A program made the position numbers and the translations under genes. A stretch of 64,000 bases of DNA. It comes from an uncultured Thermoleophilia bacterium (GTDB lineage Bacteria > Actinomycetota > Thermoleophilia > UBA2241). The notes under the pieces are model-generated. The model saw only the letters and a program-made list of their open reading frames with translations, did not search any database and had not been told where the DNA came from. Within the stretch, counting starts at the first letter, position 1. Each line of letters starts with the position of its first letter. The stretch is from contig CAWHPR010000004.1 of NCBI GenBank assembly GCA_963831295.1, positions 2,026 to 66,025 on the forward strand. Direction: 5' to 3'. Below are positions 36,900-46,520 of this stretch, piece by piece.

Positions 36900-38358
36900 A
36901 TCGCGTCGCTGGAGTCTCAGCGCGCAGGGGGTCCTGCAGCGGTCGCCGCTCCGGTGCGTCGAGCCAGGGCCGCAGGCCCTCGTAGGCGGCGCCCGCGCGG
37001 AAGACGCTGACGTCCTCGTAGGGCCGCCCGACGATCTGCAGACCGGTCGGCACGCCGTTGCCGGCGAAGCCCGACGGCACGTTGAGCACCGGACAGCGGC
37101 TGGCGATGTTGAAGAGCGGCGTGAGGAAGGCCTCGAAGTAGTCCGGCAGGTCGATGCCGCCGGCGCTCACTCCGTGGTCGACGTAGTCGTCGCCGGCGAG
37201 GAGCCCCCGAGTGGTCACGGTGGGCAGCAGCAACAGATCGTGCGCGGCGAGGACGCCGGCGATGGCGCTCATGATGCGGGCCTCGATCCGTAGACCCTCG
37301 GCGACGTCGGTCGCGCGCAGCGCGGCGACCGTGTCCTCGCCCATCTTGATGGCGTAGGCGGTCAGGAGCTCACGGTGCGCCGCGATCGCCGCCATCACGT
37401 CGGCGCCGAAGTTGGCGCCGAAGTGCACGTAGGTGGCGCGGCGGACGTCCGCTCGCTCGACCGCGAGATCGACCTCTTCGACGGTCGCCCCAGCCTCGCG
37501 GAACGCCTCGGCCGCGGCGCGTGTGTTGCGCGCCACGTCGGGGTCGATCGGCCAGTCGCCCGGGGCGACGACGAGGGCGACCTTCATGCCGGCGATCCCG
37601 TCGAGTCGCTCCGGGATCTCGAGCTTGGGGGCCACGCAGACCAAGTCGCGCGGGTGCGGTCCGCTGATCACGTTCTCGAAGAGGGCGCAGTCGGCGACGG
37701 TGCGCGCCAGAGGCCCCTCGTGGCAGTACTGGTCGAGGTTGTAGGGCGGCTCCTCGGGCACGCGCCCGAAGGGCGGCTTGAAGCCGACCACGCCGTTGAA
37801 GGATGCCGGCAGCCGGATCGAGCCGCCGATGTCGGAGCCGGTGGCCAGGCTGGCGGTGCCGCTGGCGAGAGCCGCGCCGGAACCACCCGAGGAGCCGCCG
37901 ACGGCGTACTCCGGGTTCCACGGGTTGCGGGTCACGCCCCAGAGCCGCGAGTGCGTGAACCCGGCGCAGCTGAACTCGGGTGTCGTCGTGCGCGCGTGCA
38001 CGATGCCGCCGGCCGCAAGGATGCGCTCGGCGACGATGGCGCTCTCGTCGGCGATGGAGTCCTTGTAGAGCAGGGAGCCGCCCGAGCAGGGCTGGCCGGC
38101 GACCGGCATCTCGTCCTTGATACCGACTGGGAGACCGGTGAGGGGCCGCGGCGTCTCGCCGCGGCCCATGTAGGCGTCCTCGGCCTTCCGGGCCGCCGCG
38201 AGGGCCTCGTCGAAGTAGGTGACGCAGAGGGCGTTCACCGTCGGCTCCACTGACGCGGCGCGGGCGATGACCGCCTCCATCAACTCGACCGGGGAGAGGT
38301 CGCGCTCCCTGAAGAGACGCAGGGCCTCGGTCGCCGGCAGATAGCACAGGTCGCTCAT
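36766..38358 (-). CDS. Amidase-signature (GatA-like) amidase; 3' end possibly extended artificially
   Basis: Start is MSDLCYLPATEALRLF (ATG 38358, after gaagggagag). Signature GGSSGGSGAALASG...GSDIGGSIRLPA. Removing one G from the G5 run at 36926-36930 would end the protein at TGA 36917-36919. Confidence 0.8.
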   Translation of the reverse strand: MSDLCYLPATEALRLFRERDLSPVELMEAVIARAASVEPTVNALCVTYFDEALAAARKAEDAYMGRGETPRPLTGLPVGIKDEMPVAGQPCSGGSLLYKDSIADESAIVAERILAAGGIVHARTTTPEFSCAGFTHSRLWGVTRNPWNPEYAVGGSSGGSGAALASGTASLATGSDIGGSIRLPASFNGVVGFKPPFGRVPEEPPYNLDQYCHEGPLARTVADCALFENVISGPHPRDLVCVAPKLEIPERLDGIAGMKVALVVAPGDWPIDPDVARNTRAAAEAFREAGATVEEVDLAVERADVRRATYVHFGANFGADVMAAIAAHRELLTAYAIKMGEDTVAALRATDVAEGLRIEARIMSAIAGVLAAHDLLLLPTVTTRGLLAGDDYVDHGVSAGGIDLPDYFEAFLTPLFNIASRCPVLNVPSGFAGNGVPTGLQIVGRPYEDVSVFRAGAAYEGLRPWLDAPERRPLQDPLRAETPATRSTALLGLRDHLGLEQSDEPLQGVEDVLADVTGDEHLHDVIADGQ

Positions 38359-38541
38359 GCGCTCTCCCTTCATCGCTCGCGGCGTTCGGGCGAGCGTGGG
38401 GCTCCACTCCACCGCCAACTGTAGCCGAAGCGAGCGCCCGGCGGACCGTGCACGGTGTCCGTGGGGGCGCTTCCCGGCGACGCCCCGACCGTCCGAAGGC
38501 TAATGTTCTGCCATCGTCTGCCGAAGGTCAGTGGTATCGGC

Positions 38542-40731
38542 ATGCAATGGAGCAGAGACAGAGTCGTTCGCAGGGTCGCCCGTGCGGCGACCGTCCTGGT
38601 TCTCGGGACGGTCGCCTTCCTCGCGGTCGCCTGGGCCGCGCCACGCACCAGCGAGGCCGTCGGCACGTGGATCAAGTCACCGCCGGCGGTCACGACGCGC
38701 ACCGTGGCCATCGAGCCGCGCCTTCAGGTCGGTCAGGCCGGTCCGGAGGGCGCCTCGCCGGCCGAGCGCCTGCGCAGCGCGCGCGCGGCCGGGCCGGTCA
38801 CCTTGGACGTCGGCAAGGGCTTCACCATGCTCGGCCTGATGTGCGACGTGCCCGCGACCGGGGCCGAGGTCGAGGTGCAGCTTCGCACCAGCCTCGACGG
38901 CCGCGAGTGGAGCGCCTGGTACGCCGTTCCTCTCGAGATCGCGGGCGACGGCGACGAGGCGCCGCGCGCCTTCACCGACGCCATGTGGACCGGCGAGGGC
39001 CGCTTCGTGCAGGTCTGCGCCGCGGCGGTGGGCGACGACGCTCCCCTCACCCTCGCGGGGGTCGAGCTCATGGCGCTCGACACCGAGGGCGGGTCCGGCG
39101 TCGTCGCGGCGGCCGCCACCACCCTGCGCCAGGTCGTCGCTACGATCTCCGGCGTCAGTCTCGCCGCGCCGGCCGCGGCGGCGGTCGAGACCCCACTCTG
39201 GGTCACGCGCGCCGGGTGGGGCGCCGACGAGTCGTTGCGCACGGGCGAGCCCGCATACGCCACGGTCAAGATGGCCTTCGTCCATCACACCGCCGGAAGC
39301 AACACCTACACCGCAGCGCAGGCGCCGTCCATCGTGCGCGGCATCTACGTCTACCACACCCTCGGTCTCGGCTGGAGCGACATCGGCTACAACTTCCTCA
39401 TCGACCGCTACGGCACGACCTACGTGGGCCGCTACGGCGGGCCGCGGCAGGGCGTCATCGGCGCTCAGGTCTACGGTTTCAACACGGGCAGCACGGGCGT
39501 CTCGGTCATGGGCACCTACACGAGCGAGGCTCCCCCGGCCGCGGCCATGGACGCCCTCGGTCACCTGCTCGCCTGGAAGCTCGAGGTACACGGTCTCGAC
39601 CCGCTGGCGAGCGCGAGAATGACCTGTGGGGCCACGGAGAAATACACGGAGGGCCAGACGGTGACCCTGCCGGTCGTCTCGGGCCATCGCGACGCCAACT
39701 ACACGGCATGTCCGGGTGACGCGCTCTACGCCAAGCTCGGCGCGGTGCGCAGCGCCGCCGCGGCGCAGATCAAGCTCGCCGCCGTCGTCCCCGAGCCGTA
39801 TGTCGTGACCTTGTCGCTCTCCGCGAGCGAGGTCGCGGTCGACACCAAGGTCACCTACAAGGGGACGGTCAAGACCGCGAGCGGCGCCGCGGCATCGGGC
39901 ACGGTGACCGTCCAGAAGCGCCTCGCCCCCGACGGCGACTGGGCGAACTGGCGCTCGGCGACGCTCTCCTCGACCGGCGCCTATTCGGTCGCCGTGACGA
40001 TGACCAGCGCGCCGCGGGACTGGCAGTTCCGCGCCCGCATGCCCGGCGACGGGGCGGCGAACCTCACCGGCACGAGCCCGATCCGCGACCTGCGGGTGCT
40101 CGTCCCCGCGCCGTATGTCGTGACCTTGTCGCTCTCGGCGACCGAGGTCGCGGTCGACACCAAGGTCACCTACGAGGGGACGGTCAAGACCGCAAGCGGC
40201 GCCGCGGCGTCGGGCACGGTGACCGTCCAGAAGCGCCTCGCCCCCGACGGCGACTGGGCGAACTGGCGCTCGGCGACGCTCTCCTCGACCGGCGCCTATT
40301 CGGTCGCGGTGACCATGACCAGCGCGCCGCGGGACTGGCAGTTCCGCGCCCGCATGCCCGGCGACGGCGCCATCAACCTCACCGGCAAGAGTCCGATCCG
40401 TGAGCTCTGGGTCGTGGTCCCCGAGCCGTATGTCGTCACCTTGTCGCTCTCGGCGAGCGAGGTCGCGGCCGGGACGACGGTCACCTACAAAGGGACGGTC
40501 AAGACCGCGAGCGGCGCTCCGGCATCGGGCACCGTGACCGTCAAGAAGCGCCTCGCCCCCGACGGCGACTGGATCAACTGGCGCTCGGCGACGCTCTCCT
40601 CGACCGGCGCCTACTCGGTCGCCGTGACCATGACCACCGCGTCACGCAGTTGGCAGTTCCGCACACGTATGGTTGGCGACGGGGTCAACCTGACCGCCTT
40701 CAGCCCGATCAGAGGCCTCATCGTCCGCTGA
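38542..40731 (+). CDS. Secreted N-acetylmuramoyl-L-alanine amidase (Amidase_2/PGRP domain) with three C-terminal about-105-aa repeats
   Basis: Signal peptide MQWSRDRVVRRVARAATVLVLGTVAFLAVAWA. FVHHTAGSNTY, GWSDIGYNFLIDRYGTTYVGR, GHRDANYTACPG. Three Ig-like repeats. Confidence 0.85.
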   Translation: MQWSRDRVVRRVARAATVLVLGTVAFLAVAWAAPRTSEAVGTWIKSPPAVTTRTVAIEPRLQVGQAGPEGASPAERLRSARAAGPVTLDVGKGFTMLGLMCDVPATGAEVEVQLRTSLDGREWSAWYAVPLEIAGDGDEAPRAFTDAMWTGEGRFVQVCAAAVGDDAPLTLAGVELMALDTEGGSGVVAAAATTLRQVVATISGVSLAAPAAAAVETPLWVTRAGWGADESLRTGEPAYATVKMAFVHHTAGSNTYTAAQAPSIVRGIYVYHTLGLGWSDIGYNFLIDRYGTTYVGRYGGPRQGVIGAQVYGFNTGSTGVSVMGTYTSEAPPAAAMDALGHLLAWKLEVHGLDPLASARMTCGATEKYTEGQTVTLPVVSGHRDANYTACPGDALYAKLGAVRSAAAAQIKLAAVVPEPYVVTLSLSASEVAVDTKVTYKGTVKTASGAAASGTVTVQKRLAPDGDWANWRSATLSSTGAYSVAVTMTSAPRDWQFRARMPGDGAANLTGTSPIRDLRVLVPAPYVVTLSLSATEVAVDTKVTYEGTVKTASGAAASGTVTVQKRLAPDGDWANWRSATLSSTGAYSVAVTMTSAPRDWQFRARMPGDGAINLTGKSPIRELWVVVPEPYVVTLSLSASEVAAGTTVTYKGTVKTASGAPASGTVTVKKRLAPDGDWINWRSATLSSTGAYSVAVTMTTASRSWQFRTRMVGDGVNLTAFSPIRGLIVR
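39787..40731 (+). repeat. Three 315-bp in-frame tandem repeats, about 90-95% identical at the DNA level
   Basis: Units start at 39787, 40102 and 40417, each with gtcccc(g/c)(a/c)gccgtatgtcgt. The third unit ends at the stop codon. Confidence 0.9.
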
Positions 40732-40871
40732 GCGGCCGACCGGCCCGGATTGTCCGGCGCCACTCCTGCCAGTAAGCTGGAAGTCGCCCCGGCCGGCGCC
40801 GCCATCGCCCTCGCCACCTGCTCTCGAGCGCCGGACGGCGCCGTCCCTTCCCGGCAGTCCGAAGGAGCCTC

Positions 40872-41141
40872 GTGGACCTCATCATCTCCGCCATCGTCCA
40901 GATCCTGCAGATCTACATGTGGGTGATCATCGCGAGGGCGCTGTTGTCGTGGTTCCCCGTGCGCTACGGTACGCCGCTCCACAGCGTCAACCAGGTGCTC
41001 GTCGCCCTGACCGAGCCGTACGTCGGTCTGTTCCGCCGCTACCTGCCGATGGCGCGTCTGGGTGGGATGGGTCTGGATATGAGCCCGCTGGTCGCGCTGT
41101 TCGTGCTGATCATCGTGATCCGCATCATCGCCCGTCTCTAG
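40872..41141 (+). CDS. YggT-family membrane protein
   Basis: GTG follows gaaggag. ILQIYMWVIIARALLSWFP...VLVALTEPYVGLFRRYLP. Confidence 0.8.
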   Translation: MDLIISAIVQILQIYMWVIIARALLSWFPVRYGTPLHSVNQVLVALTEPYVGLFRRYLPMARLGGMGLDMSPLVALFVLIIVIRIIARL

Positions 41142-41144
41142 CCC

Positions 41145-42449
41145 ATGAGCCCCGGCCGTCTGCGTGGGCTTCGCGAGCGGACCTTCCGCTCGCTGCGCAT
41201 CCGCAACTACCGCCTGTACTTCATCGCCCAGACGGTGTCGATGAGCGGGACGTGGCTGCAGTCGGTCGCTCTCTCGTGGCTCGTGCTCGAGCTGACGGAC
41301 AGCGCCGTCGCCCTGGGCGCGGTCGTGGGCATCCTCTTCGGACCCACGCTGGTGCTCGGCGCGTGGGGCGGCGTGCTCGCGGACCGTGTCGACAAGCGCC
41401 GGCTGCTCATCGTGACGCAGAGCTCGTCCGGCGTCTCTGCGTTGGCGCTCGCCGTGGTGACGGCGACGGGGGTCGTGGAGCTCTGGATGGTCGGCGGGCT
41501 GACGCTGCTCACCGGCATCGCGCTCGCTCTCGACATGCCGGCCCGTCAGAGCTTCGTCATCGAGATGGTCGGGCCCGACGACGTGACCAACGCGGTCGGC
41601 CTCAACTCCGTGATCGTCAACGCCTCGCGCATCGTCGGCCCCGCGCTCGCCGGCCTCATCATCGTCAATCTGGGGATCGCCGCCTGCTTCTTCGTGAACG
41701 CGGCGTCGTTCATCGTGGTGATCACCGGCCTGCTGCTCATGCGTGTCGGGGAGTTGCAGCCGGCGCCGCTCAGCGCCCGCGCGCCGGGTCAGCTGCGCGC
41801 GGGCTTGCGGCACGCCTGGGAGTCGTCGAGCCTGCGTGTGCCCCTCCTCATGATGGCCGTCGTCAGTACGCTCGGCTACAACTTCTCGGTGCTGCTGCCG
41901 CTGCTGGCGCAGCGCGCATACGACCGCGGCCCCGGGAGCTACGGCGCGCTCTCGGCGGCCATGGGTGTGGGCGCCCTCCTGGGCGCCCTCCTGGCCGCCG
42001 GGCGGGCGCGCCCGTCGCGGCGCCTGCTCGTCGCCTCGACGCTCGCTTTCGGGGTCTTCAGCCTCGCCGTGGCGGCTGCGTCCGGGTTCACGTCCGGGCT
42101 CGTGCTGCTGTTGCCGATGGGCGCGGCCGCCGTCCTCTTCATCTCGACGACCAACGCCATGCTGCAGCTGAACGCGGCGCCGGCCATGCGCGGCCGTGTG
42201 ATGGCGCTGTGGGCGATGCTCTTCCTCGGGAGCACGCCGATCGGCGCGCCCATCGCCGGCCTGCTGGTGTACGGGTTCGGCGTGCGCTGGGCGATCGCCT
42301 TCGGCGGGTTCGCGACGCTGGTCGCGGGCGTCGGCGGGGCGTGGGCGCTGCGCCGCCGGCGCCTCGAGGAGGGCTCGTGCGAGACGCCCTGGTGCCTTCC
42401 GGAGACCGAGGAGGCCGGCATCGGTCTGGAGCGAGCCCCGAGCGGGTGA
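41145..42449 (+). CDS. MFS transporter (EntS/MFS_3-like)
   Basis: 12 predicted TM helices. N-terminal FRSLRIRNYRLYFIAQTVSMSGTWLQ and GVLADRVDKRRLL. Confidence 0.8.
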   Translation: MSPGRLRGLRERTFRSLRIRNYRLYFIAQTVSMSGTWLQSVALSWLVLELTDSAVALGAVVGILFGPTLVLGAWGGVLADRVDKRRLLIVTQSSSGVSALALAVVTATGVVELWMVGGLTLLTGIALALDMPARQSFVIEMVGPDDVTNAVGLNSVIVNASRIVGPALAGLIIVNLGIAACFFVNAASFIVVITGLLLMRVGELQPAPLSARAPGQLRAGLRHAWESSSLRVPLLMMAVVSTLGYNFSVLLPLLAQRAYDRGPGSYGALSAAMGVGALLGALLAAGRARPSRRLLVASTLAFGVFSLAVAAASGFTSGLVLLLPMGAAAVLFISTTNAMLQLNAAPAMRGRVMALWAMLFLGSTPIGAPIAGLLVYGFGVRWAIAFGGFATLVAGVGGAWALRRRRLEEGSCETPWCLPETEEAGIGLERAPSG

Positions 42450-42558
42450 GCCGCGCGACGGGCAGGTGCGCCGCGCCGCAGGTGTCGTAACATACGGGGT
42501 CAGGGATGGGACGCGCCATTCGCGCTCACTCCAGCCGCCGTCGGACGAAAGGCCGCCG

Positions 42559-43824
42559 TTGCTGCTCCAGGGCAACCTCAAGGAGTTCAGCCTCCCGAAC
42601 ATCTTCCAGCTCGTCAAGATGAGCGCCAAGAGCGGCGCGCTGACGATCCGGCGCGACGAGGAGTGGGGCAAGATCTTCTTCACGAACGGCCTTATCAACT
42701 ACGCCTTCTCGGTGCCGCAGCAGCTGCCGCTCGGCGAGCGCCTGGTGCAGGCCGGCCTGCTCAAACGCGCGCAGCTCAAGCAGGCGCTGTCCGCGCAGAA
42801 GAAGGCCGGCAAGGAGGGACCGCGCATCGGCACGATCCTCCTCGAGAAGGCGTTCCTCGAGCGTGCGCAGCTCGAGCAGGCGGTGCGCGACCAGATCCAG
42901 GACGCCGCCTTCGACTTCTTCAGCTGGGCCGACGGCGAGTTCTCGTTCAGCGCCGAGGAGCGGCCGGACGACCAGGACATCCTGGTCGAGATGAACGTCG
43001 AGAACGTGATCATGGAGGGCTGCCGGCGCATCGACGAGTGGGAGCTCATCTTCGAGCACCTCGGGTCCCTCGAGCGCATCCCGCACCTCGCCTACAACGT
43101 CGGCGTCGAGGACCGCGGCGAGGTGCGGCTCACGCCCGACGAGTGGCGCGTCGTCGTGCACATCGACGGGCGCGCCGACGTCAACACCATCCTGCGCGAC
43201 TGCGGACTCGACCGCTTCCACGGCGCCAAGGTCATCTACAGCCTCTTCTCGAGCGGCCTGGTGACCGTGTCGGAGCCGGTCATCGACGGCATCGGCAAGG
43301 GGATGAGCATCTGCGTGCGCGGGCTGATCGACATCTACAACGAGGTCTTCCTCACCACGCTGACCGACTCGAACGTCACCAAGCAGCTGCGTGTCGAGCT
43401 CATCGACGAGAAAGAGGTCGAGGTGCCGATCGTGGCCGGCAACCTGACGGAGCCCGGGGGTGAGGTCGAGTCCGAACTCGGCGCCATCGGCGACGTCCTC
43501 GTCTACACCTCCGTGAACTCCGTGCCCGAGGTCGCCTGGGCGCGCATCGCCCGCGACGCCTCGGCCTTCGTACTGCTCGTCAACGCCAACGATCCCGACA
43601 GCTTGCGGGCGGCCCGGCCCGACATCGCCTTCGCGCAGGGGTACGACGGTGTGCCCTTCGTGGTGGCGACGTACACTACGATGGTCGACGATGACGTCGA
43701 GCCCGAGGCCGCGCGCGAGGCGCTCGGCCTCGGGCTCGACGTCCCCGTCGTCGCCTGCAGCCTGCGCGACCGCTCGTCGGTGACCGGCGTCGTGCGCGCG
43801 GCCATCGACCTGGTCGGGGGCTGA
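42559..43824 (+). CDS. DUF4388 (PATAN-type) domain protein with a C-terminal degenerate Ras-like GTPase-like domain
   Basis: LLQGNLKEFSLPNIFQLVKMSAKSGALTIRRDEEWGKIFFTNGLINYA is a DUF4388 N-terminus. The start (TTG 42559) is uncertain. The C-terminus FVLLVNANDPDSL...VPFVVATYTT...VVACSLRD has GTPase-like topology but no P-loop. Confidence 0.6.
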   Translation: MLLQGNLKEFSLPNIFQLVKMSAKSGALTIRRDEEWGKIFFTNGLINYAFSVPQQLPLGERLVQAGLLKRAQLKQALSAQKKAGKEGPRIGTILLEKAFLERAQLEQAVRDQIQDAAFDFFSWADGEFSFSAEERPDDQDILVEMNVENVIMEGCRRIDEWELIFEHLGSLERIPHLAYNVGVEDRGEVRLTPDEWRVVVHIDGRADVNTILRDCGLDRFHGAKVIYSLFSSGLVTVSEPVIDGIGKGMSICVRGLIDIYNEVFLTTLTDSNVTKQLRVELIDEKEVEVPIVAGNLTEPGGEVESELGAIGDVLVYTSVNSVPEVAWARIARDASAFVLLVNANDPDSLRAARPDIAFAQGYDGVPFVVATYTTMVDDDVEPEAAREALGLGLDVPVVACSLRDRSSVTGVVRAAIDLVGG

Positions 43825-43859
43825 GCGGCGCCCTTCATGCGATGAAAGGACGAGCGTAG

Positions 43860-44831
43860 ATGTACTACCCCAGCTATCGGATGCGACGTCTGCGCCGCAC
43901 CCCGACGGTGCGCCGCATGCTGCGCGAGACGACGCTGTCACCCGACGATCTGATCTACCCGCTGTTCGTGATCCACGGCGAGAACGTGAACAACCCGATC
44001 GAGTCCATGCCGGGGTGCTCCCAGCTCTCGATCGGCAACCTGCTGGCCGAGGTGCGCGAGGTCGCGCAGCTCGGTATCCCGGCCGTGCTCCTCTTCGGGA
44101 TCCCGTCGCACAAGGACTCGGCGGCGACGGCTGCCTACGACCCGGAGGGCATCGTCCAGCTCGCCGTGAAGGCGATCAAGGACGAGGTGCCGGAGCTGCT
44201 CGTGATCACCGACGTCTGCCTCTGCGAGTACATGGACCACGGGCACTGCGGCGTGGTCCAGGACGGCGAGGTCCTCAACGACGTGACCCTCGAGCTGCTC
44301 TCGAAGATGGCGGTCACGCACGCCGAGGCGGGCGTCGACCTGGTCGCCCCCTCGGACATGATGGACGGGCGCGTCGCCGCGATCCGCAACGCGCTCGACG
44401 ACGAGGGTCTGTACGACGCCGGCATCATGGCGTACTCGGCCAAGTTCGCCTCGGCCTTCTACGGTCCGTTCCGCGAAGCGGCCGAGTCGACGCCTGCTTT
44501 CGGCGATCGCAAGTCCTACCAGATGGACCCGCCCAACGGCGAGGAGGCCGTCCGCGAAGTGCTCCTCGACATCGAGGAGGGCGCCGACATCGTCATGGTC
44601 AAGCCGGCGCTGCCGTACCTCGACGTGATCCGCGCCGTCAAGCAGGAGACGCGCTTCCCCCTGGCCGCGTACAGCGTGAGCGGCGAGTACGCGATGATCA
44701 AGGCGGCGGCCGAGAAGGGCTGGCTCGACGAGGAGCGCTGCGTCCTCGAGGCGATGACCGGCATCAAGCGCGCCGGCGCCGATCTCCTCATCACGTACTG
44801 GGCGAAGGACCTGGCGCGCTGGCTCGGGTGA
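43860..44831 (+). CDS. hemB: Porphobilinogen synthase (delta-aminolevulinate dehydratase), Zn-type
   Basis: DVCLCEYMDHGHCG cysteine-rich metal site, SDMMDGRV, YQMDP, VMVKPA. Confidence 0.9.
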   Translation: MYYPSYRMRRLRRTPTVRRMLRETTLSPDDLIYPLFVIHGENVNNPIESMPGCSQLSIGNLLAEVREVAQLGIPAVLLFGIPSHKDSAATAAYDPEGIVQLAVKAIKDEVPELLVITDVCLCEYMDHGHCGVVQDGEVLNDVTLELLSKMAVTHAEAGVDLVAPSDMMDGRVAAIRNALDDEGLYDAGIMAYSAKFASAFYGPFREAAESTPAFGDRKSYQMDPPNGEEAVREVLLDIEEGADIVMVKPALPYLDVIRAVKQETRFPLAAYSVSGEYAMIKAAAEKGWLDEERCVLEAMTGIKRAGADLLITYWAKDLARWLG

Positions 44832-44845
44832 GGCGGGAGGCGGGC

Positions 44846-45973
44846 GTGACGCACTCGGAGGCCGACGACGCGGTGACGCCGCGCGGCGGCGACACCGCGG
44901 AGGTCGCGCCGCCGCGCGTCGTCGCCTGGGAGGTCACGCGCAGCTGCAACCTCGCCTGCAGCCACTGCCGCGCCTCGGCCGAGCGCGGGCCGTATGAGGG
45001 CGAGCTGACGACCGCCGAGGCCTTCGAGCTCGTCGACCAGATCGCCTCGTTCGCAGACCCGATCCTGATCCTCACGGGCGGCGACCCGCTCATGCGCGAC
45101 GACGTGTTCGACATCGCGGCCCGCGGCATCGAGAAGGGCCTGCGCGTCGTGATGTCGCCGAACGGCACCCTGGTCACGCCCGAGGTCGCGCGCCGCATGA
45201 CGGAGGTCGGGGTCGGGCGCATCAGTGTCTCGATCGACTTCCCGACGGCCGCGGAGCACGACGAGTTCCGCGGCGTCTCCGGCGCGTTCGACGGCGCCGT
45301 GCGCGGCATCCGCAACGCGCTCGCCGCCGGTGTCGAGGTGCAGGTCAACTCGACGATCACCAAGCTCAACGCGCATCATCTGCCGGCGCTGCTCGCCCTC
45401 AGCGAGGAGCTCGGCGCCGTCAGCTTCCACCCCTTCATGCTGGTGCCGACCGGCCGCGGCAAGGAGCTCGAGGAGCAGGAGCTCCCGCCCGAGGAGTACG
45501 AGCGCGCCCTCGAGTGGATGTTCGATGCGCAGCAGGAGTCGGCGCTCTTCCTCAAGCCGACCGACGTGCCGCACTACTGGCGCGTCATGCGACAGCGGGC
45601 GAAGGCGACGGGCAAGAAGATCGAGGTACACCCACACAGCCACGGTGGCCTGCACACGCTGACTCGCGGCTGCCTCGCGGGGCTCGGGTTCTGCTTCATC
45701 TCGCACCGCGGCGAGGTGCAGCCCTGCGGCTACTTCGACAAGGTGGCGGGTGACGTGCGCCAGACCCCGTTCCCCGAGATCTGGCGCACGTCGCCGCTCT
45801 TCGTCGAGCTGCGCGACTTCGACCGGCTCAAGGGTAAGTGCGGCGTCTGCGAGTTCAAGAAGGTCTGCGGCGGCTGCCGCGCCCGCGCCTACGAGGCGAC
45901 CGGGGACTACATGGCCGAGGAGCCCTACTGCGCCTACGTGCCGAAGGGCTGGTGCCCTCCGGCCGCGCCCTGA
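44846..45973 (+). CDS. Radical SAM/SPASM protein, AhbD/NirJ-like (heme biosynthesis-associated)
   Basis: GTG at 44846 follows gggagg. CX3CX2C motif SCNLACSHC. SPASM Cys cluster CGYF...GKCGVCEFKKVCGGCRARA. Located between hemB and hemL. Confidence 0.7.
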   Translation: MTHSEADDAVTPRGGDTAEVAPPRVVAWEVTRSCNLACSHCRASAERGPYEGELTTAEAFELVDQIASFADPILILTGGDPLMRDDVFDIAARGIEKGLRVVMSPNGTLVTPEVARRMTEVGVGRISVSIDFPTAAEHDEFRGVSGAFDGAVRGIRNALAAGVEVQVNSTITKLNAHHLPALLALSEELGAVSFHPFMLVPTGRGKELEEQELPPEEYERALEWMFDAQQESALFLKPTDVPHYWRVMRQRAKATGKKIEVHPHSHGGLHTLTRGCLAGLGFCFISHRGEVQPCGYFDKVAGDVRQTPFPEIWRTSPLFVELRDFDRLKGKCGVCEFKKVCGGCRARAYEATGDYMAEEPYCAYVPKGWCPPAAP

Positions 45974-45985
45974 CGGCGCGCCCGC

Positions 45986-46520
45986 CTACTGCTCATCGAT
46001 GAAGTGCCGCTGCAGGCAGACGAGCTCGTCGGTCAGACCGGCACGCCGGTAGACCCCCTGGGCGCGCCGGTTGTCGCGGCTGGTGATCACGCCGATCTCG
46101 GCGCACCCCTCAGCCTTGAGACGGCGCATGGCCTCGCGCACGAGGGCCTCGCCGATCCCCTGACCCTGCGCCGACGGGGTCACCGTCACGTCCTCGATCT
46201 CGCCGGCGGGGGCGGCGTGGTAGAGGTCGAGGGTCAAGGAGTACGAGAGCAGGCCGACCGGTCCCTCGGCGCCGACCGCGAGCAGGATGTGGGCACCGGG
46301 CTGGTCGAGATAGCGTCGCACGAACGCCTCGTCGACCGTCGTGCCGCGACCGAAGTCGCGGCCCATCTCGACGACGAGGCGCACGACGGCCGTCTCGTCG
46401 CCCGGACGGGCCTCGCGGATCTCGAGGTCGGCGGGGTGGGACGGACGCCGGCGAGCCTCTCCCGGCCTTTTCGCCCGCCCGCCTTCGGGCTTGCGCGGGC
46501 CGGTGTCTCGGGCGGCCCTC
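45986..46520 (-). CDS. GNAT-family N-acetyltransferase
   Basis: This is the C-terminal 178 codons of ORF 45986-48217. QGQGIGEALVREAMRRLKAEG...AQGVYRRAGL. GTG at 46520 overlaps the upstream stop (GTGA). Confidence 0.7.

Noticed and set aside
39787-40731. CRISPR-like or satellite repeat
   Set aside because: The 315-bp units are contiguous with no spacers. They are in frame and encode a repeated protein domain.
40611-42698. 695-aa minus-strand ORF
   Set aside because: It is antisense to the yggT and MFS genes, and its Arg/His/Asp/Glu-rich composition has no recognisable domain.
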